IMG/VR virus record: IMGVR_UViG_3300032241_002083
Span: 25,717 to 89,716 of that record
Length of the DNA stretch: 64,000 nt
Reading direction: 5' to 3' (one strand)
Source of the DNA: a virus
The first letter of the stretch is position 1. Every line of letters begins with the position of its first letter. A model generated the notes under the pieces. That model ran no database searches and was not told where the DNA came from. It worked only from the letters and a program-made list of their open reading frames with translations. The translations under genes were made by a program, and so were the position numbers. Positions 61,152-64,000 of the stretch are shown piece by piece.

Positions 61152-61394
61152 ATGGAAAATTATAAATCAATAATAGAGCAACATAAAGTTCAAATAGGAA
61201 ATTATATTATTTCTTCAAAAGACCAATTAGAAGAATACCGAAAAAAGTATTTAAGCGCAAATGGTGTTGTAAAACAAGTTTATAATCAATTAAAACAAGT
61301 TCCTGCGGAAAACAGGAAGCAAGCAGGAGAATTGTTAAGAGAATTAAAATACTTAGCAGAAAATTATTACGAAAAAAACCAAAACAAGACATAA
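61152..61394 (+). CDS. Stand-alone PheRS alpha-subunit N-terminal coiled-coil-like protein
   Basis: LEEYRKKYLSANG.V...Y..LK.VPAENRKQAG..L.ELK matches the PheS N-terminal LE..R..YL.KKG.....LP.EER...G..IN.LK pattern. Confidence 0.7.
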   Translation: MENYKSIIEQHKVQIGNYIISSKDQLEEYRKKYLSANGVVKQVYNQLKQVPAENRKQAGELLRELKYLAENYYEKNQNKT

Positions 61395-61415
61395 AAATTA
61401 TAATATATATATAGT

Positions 61416-61475
61416 ATGAAAATAACATTAACATCGTCAAGTCGCAGTCCTTATAACTTCGAAATCCGAAGATGA
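61416..61475 (+). CDS. Leader peptide 2 (MKITLTSSSRSPYNFEIRR)
   Basis: TCG TCA AGT CGC AGT core plus CGA AGA; sits within attenuator hairpins. Confidence 0.75.
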   Translation: MKITLTSSSRSPYNFEIRR

Positions 61476-61532
61476 TAGTGTTATGTAGATACTTCAAAAC
61501 TCGGATTTTAAAAAAAATCCGAGTTTTTTTTT
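61422..61532 (+). promoter_or_regulatory. Transcription attenuator 2
   Basis: 61422-61435 pairs with 61471-61484 (13/14); AAATCCGA (61462-69) pairs with TCGGATTT (61501-08); terminator AAAACTCGGATTTT-AAAA-AAAATCCGAGTTTTTTTTT (61496-61532). Confidence 0.8.
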
Positions 61533-61534
61533 AT

Positions 61535-61623
61535 GGTGGGTTACTCAAGAGGATTAAAGAGGCTTGTTTGCTAAACAAGTAGGGCAGTAAAATGTTGCGT
61601 GGGTTCGAATCCCACATCCACCG
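61535..61623 (+). tRNA. tRNA-Ser (GCT)
   Basis: GGTGGGT/ATCCACC-G; CTTGT-TTGCTAA-ACAAG; long variable arm; GGTTCGAATCC. Confidence 0.92.
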
Positions 61624-61629
61624 CTGAAT

Positions 61630-61858
61630 ATCCAGATAGTTTAATTGGAAAGAACGATCCTAAAACGGCAGGATTACTCTGTGAGGGATTTTGACTTGCT
61701 ACCAAAGGCATTCAAATTATGGTTGTATTTCAACCGTTGTAAGACCAATGGGTGTGAGGATTAATTGTATGGTTGCGGATGCACTGATATAAAATCAGGA
61801 AGCGAGTTTTCCAAGATTAATTGCAAAATCTATACGGGTTCGAGCCCCGTTCTGGATA
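61630..61858 (+). ncRNA. tRNA-shell ncRNA B (229 nt) with a giant structured insert
   Basis: ATCCAGA/TCTGGAT-A acceptor; TAGTTTAATTGGAAAGAAC D arm; ACGGG-TTCGAGC-CCCGT T arm; insert closed by GGATTTTG/CAAAATCT. Confidence 0.75.
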
Positions 61859-61866
61859 CAAAAAAT

Positions 61867-61953
61867 GGCTCCATAGTTTAATGGATTTAAAACGCCCCGC
61901 TACGAACGGGGAGACAGATATGTTTTATGAGGGTTCGAATCCTTCTGGAGTCA
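61867..61953 (+). tRNA. tRNA-Arg (ACG) with a long variable arm
   Basis: GGCTCCA/TGGAGTC; CCCCG-CTACGAA-CGGGG; variable AGACA-GATA-TGTTT. Confidence 0.9.
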
Positions 61954-61959
61954 CTATAA

Positions 61960-62048
61960 GGAAAGATGGCAGAGCGGTTGAATGCTTCGGTCTTGAAAAC
62001 CGATGACTGGCGTAAGTCGGTCCGTGGGTTCGAAACCCACTCTTTCCT
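61960..62048 (+). tRNA. tRNA-Ser (TGA)
   Basis: GGAAAGA/TCTTTCC; TCGGT-CTTGAAA-ACCGA; long variable arm. Confidence 0.92.
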
Positions 62049-62054
62049 CTTACT

Positions 62055-62143
62055 GGAGAGTATAGGAGGTGACAGGTGGTCCCCGCTCGTTTGGAAAACG
62101 AGAACCCATTAGGTTGGGCGAGTTTCGATTATTCTGCTCTCCT
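62055..62143 (+). tRNA. tRNA-Ser (GGA), divergent
   Basis: GGAGAGT/GCTCTCC; CTCGT-TTGGAAA-ACGAG; TTCGATT loop. Confidence 0.75.
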
Positions 62144-62323
62144 CTTTAAAATTAATTTAAAAATGAAAGTTAAACAACAAATTAGAGAAAAATTCCGGAA
62201 TTTACTGCTGAAAATCTTTATAAAAAGATTAAATCCAGTTATGAAATAGCATATAAAAAATCTGAAAGACTTTAACAAAATAAAAATATGTTAAAGTCAA
62301 TTTAATTTTGTATATTTGTATTT

Positions 62324-62671
62324 ATGAGTAAAGTAAAATCTTATCAAATAATGTCTAAAATAAAACTGGTTCGCAAAGTTTTAGATTATGGTTTTCGAAA
62401 AGCTTTGGAATATTCTGATTTTGGTGAGGAAGAAGAATATACAAAAAGTCTAGAAACTAAGACGAAAGAAGAATTGAGAGAAATTATAAAGGAACTTAAA
62501 GACGAATTAAATGCTGGTTCTGTTAGAAACCAAAACCCAGGTTTAAAGTTTTGTATAGGTAAATGTCAAAGAGAGTATATTCCAAAAGATGGTAATTTAG
62601 AAGTTTATTGTCCGTCATGTGATAGGACAATAGCGGTTAGACCTATTAAAAATGATTATAAGGATATATGA
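62324..62671 (+). CDS. Hypothetical protein with C-terminal Zn ribbon
   Basis: CIGKC...CPSC; preceded by TATATTTG. Confidence 0.6.
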   Translation: MSKVKSYQIMSKIKLVRKVLDYGFRKALEYSDFGEEEEYTKSLETKTKEELREIIKELKDELNAGSVRNQNPGLKFCIGKCQREYIPKDGNLEVYCPSCDRTIAVRPIKNDYKDI

Positions 62672-62825
62672 TTAAAAGAATAAGAAATTGGACTGATAAG
62701 TCTTTTGAAAATAGGCAATATTTTATAGCACTATGGAACTATGCCGAGATATTTTATTTTTATTGTATTAAGTTTAACTCTTTTATCTATATGGATAGGA
62801 TTTAAAATTGGAATGAAATTTTTAT

Positions 62826-63056
62826 ATGGGAAAGAAAAATAAAGAGTTTGATATAGAAAGGTCAGAATATGACGATAAGGTTGAGGAAATCCGCAAAAAG
62901 AAAAGAAAGTTGCGAGATATCCAAGAACCTGGTCTTGTTAAAAAGATTAAAAAGGATCTTAAAGCCGAGCAACGTGCGGCAAAGCGTTCTAATAAGAATG
63001 CACTTCGTAATTATTTAAAAGACGAAATAAATAAATATGATGATGGAGAAGAATAG
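62826..63056 (+). CDS. Basic coiled-coil hypothetical protein
   Basis: ORF track. Confidence 0.6.
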   Translation: MGKKNKEFDIERSEYDDKVEEIRKKKRKLRDIQEPGLVKKIKKDLKAEQRAAKRSNKNALRNYLKDEINKYDDGEE

Positions 63057-63294
63057 AATGCAATTTATTTCTAAAAAAGAATTAAAATTAGGTGAAATTT
63101 GTTATATAGAAAAAAACAAGGTTTATTTTTTAGAAAAAAATGAATCATGGAAAGACAAAGGCAGACCTTCTACTCATTTAATTTATGATGAAGAAGATGC
63201 ATTAGTATTTACTCTTAATTCTGAATTATTAGAAGAATACTTTATGAGTGTGGCAGAGTATCGTGATACTCAAATAAATTCAATTTTAGATTAA
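63037..63294 (+). CDS. Hypothetical protein with EYRDTQINSILD tag
   Basis: Motif family. Confidence 0.65.
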   Translation: MMMEKNRMQFISKKELKLGEICYIEKNKVYFLEKNESWKDKGRPSTHLIYDEEDALVFTLNSELLEEYFMSVAEYRDTQINSILD

Positions 63295-63296
63295 TT

Positions 63297-63536
63297 ATGG
63301 GTAGTTTAACATCGATGATAAATGATTTATATGATGATTATGTTTATTTTTGTAAAACTCTAAATGTAGAATCAGTCGGAATGCATGATAATAAAATATC
63401 ATTTTTAATACATGAATATCAATTATTGGAGAAAATAGGATTTAAGACAAAAGAAGATTTTTATGAAGTTTTAAGAAAGGCGGAAAATCGTGATAAAAAA
63501 ATAAAAGAGATTTTAGATGATAAAATGCATATGTAG
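63297..63536 (+). CDS. Hypothetical protein with ENRDKKIKEILDD tag
   Basis: Motif family. Confidence 0.65.
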   Translation: MGSLTSMINDLYDDYVYFCKTLNVESVGMHDNKISFLIHEYQLLEKIGFKTKEDFYEVLRKAENRDKKIKEILDDKMHM

Positions 63537-63759
63537 AGAATCATTATCTTTTTTAAAAAAAGATTCAATTTATTATGTAGATATTGCTTTATCTAAAACA
63601 AATTATCCTGATGAATTATTTACGGATTATTTAGAAGTTTTTGATTCAGAAGAAAAATATCTTGGTGGGTTTTGGATAGATAAAGATAGGTATTTTATTG
63701 ATATATCTGAATTTAGGGATGAAAGAATAAATCAAATTTTAGATGAGAAAGGTGATTAA
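63517..63759 (+). CDS. Hypothetical protein with EFRDERINQILDE tag
   Basis: Motif family. Confidence 0.65.
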   Translation: MIKCICRESLSFLKKDSIYYVDIALSKTNYPDELFTDYLEVFDSEEKYLGGFWIDKDRYFIDISEFRDERINQILDEKGD

Positions 63760-64000
63760 TAAATTGAAGGTAGTTATCATTAAAGATATTTATTTTGAAT
63801 TTGATATAAATAGTTTAAGATTGGCATCTGGTTATATTTATGATTTAGAAATTTGTGAATCAGGCACTTATACATTCTTAATTAGTGACCCCAAAATCCT
63901 TCCGGTTAATGCTACAAATACATGTTACTTCTATAAAGCGGAATGTGAAAGTATTGAAATTTCAAAATATTTTTGCACATTAGCCGAATGGCGAGAATTA
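63752..64000 (+). CDS. Hypothetical protein (3'-truncated) ending YFCTLAEWREL
   Basis: GTG start overlapping upstream stop; frame open to window end; start of the family motif. Confidence 0.6.
   Translation, partial: MINKLKVVIIKDIYFEFDINSLRLASGYIYDLEICESGTYTFLISDPKILPVNATNTCYFYKAECESIEISKYFCTLAEWREL

Noticed and set aside
58701-61532. T-box riboswitch as the control element
   Set aside because: No T-box UGGNACC bulge or Stem I specifier structure seen; translated codon-biased leaders explain the layout better.
61630-61858. Canonical tmRNA (given smpB at 54146) or group I intron-containing tRNA
   Set aside because: No G3-U70 alanine determinant, a full D stem is present, it is short for tmRNA with no convincing tag ORF, and no group I core or splice that restores a canonical anticodon arm was found by eye. 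The same applies to 15161-15353.
5689-62006. Shadow ORFs in the track (e.g. 5689-6063, 16046-16561, 27176-27514, 55912-56373, 58876-59058, 60033-60311, 61207-61497, 61821-62006)
   Set aside because: They overlap well-supported genes or tRNAs on the other strand or frame and have no recognisable motifs.
1-64000. Genome-wide stop-codon reassignment (code 15 or 4)
   Set aside because: Long genes are uninterrupted in code 11 and TAG/TGA end normal genes (TAG at 13384, 15146, 28949, 37065, 38322); the few internal stops are of all three types.
1-64000. CRISPR array or cas genes
   Set aside because: No run of repeats with unique spacers seen; the 58519-58573 repeat has only two copies with a 15-nt gap; no Cas motifs recognised.

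Overview
Very AT-rich 64-kb segment of a huge (jumbo-type) dsDNA phage, standard genetic code, most likely infecting a Bacteroidota host (TTTG-N19-TAnnTTTG promoters, no Shine-Dalgarno motifs). It encodes giant Asn/Ser/Thr-rich putative virion proteins, replication/recombination genes (RecA/UvsX, gp46/SbcC, RuvC-like, NAD ligase, ThyA), free-standing homing endonucleases and a large translation toolkit (AspRS, a minimal LeuRS, Pth2, SmpB, bS1, YqeY, GreA, an ECF sigma, 11 tRNAs). The main finding is that both tRNA operons (58.7-61.1 kb and 61.4-62.1 kb) are preceded by a short leader-peptide ORF plus protector/antiterminator/terminator hairpins, and the leader codons match the anticodons of the downstream tRNAs (K/H/F/S/W; S/R). 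This looks like ribosome-mediated transcription attenuation that turns on phage tRNAs when the matching host tRNAs become limiting. Also notable: two tRNA-shell ncRNAs with giant structured inserts, stand-alone tRNA-binding arms of aminoacyl-tRNA synthetases, a 42-nt exact antisense copy of a virion gene in an intergenic region, a shared C-terminal tag on nine small proteins, and T4-like capsid-targeting N-termini. All protein family calls come from motif recognition by eye and all RNA folds from manual pairing; no searches were run.
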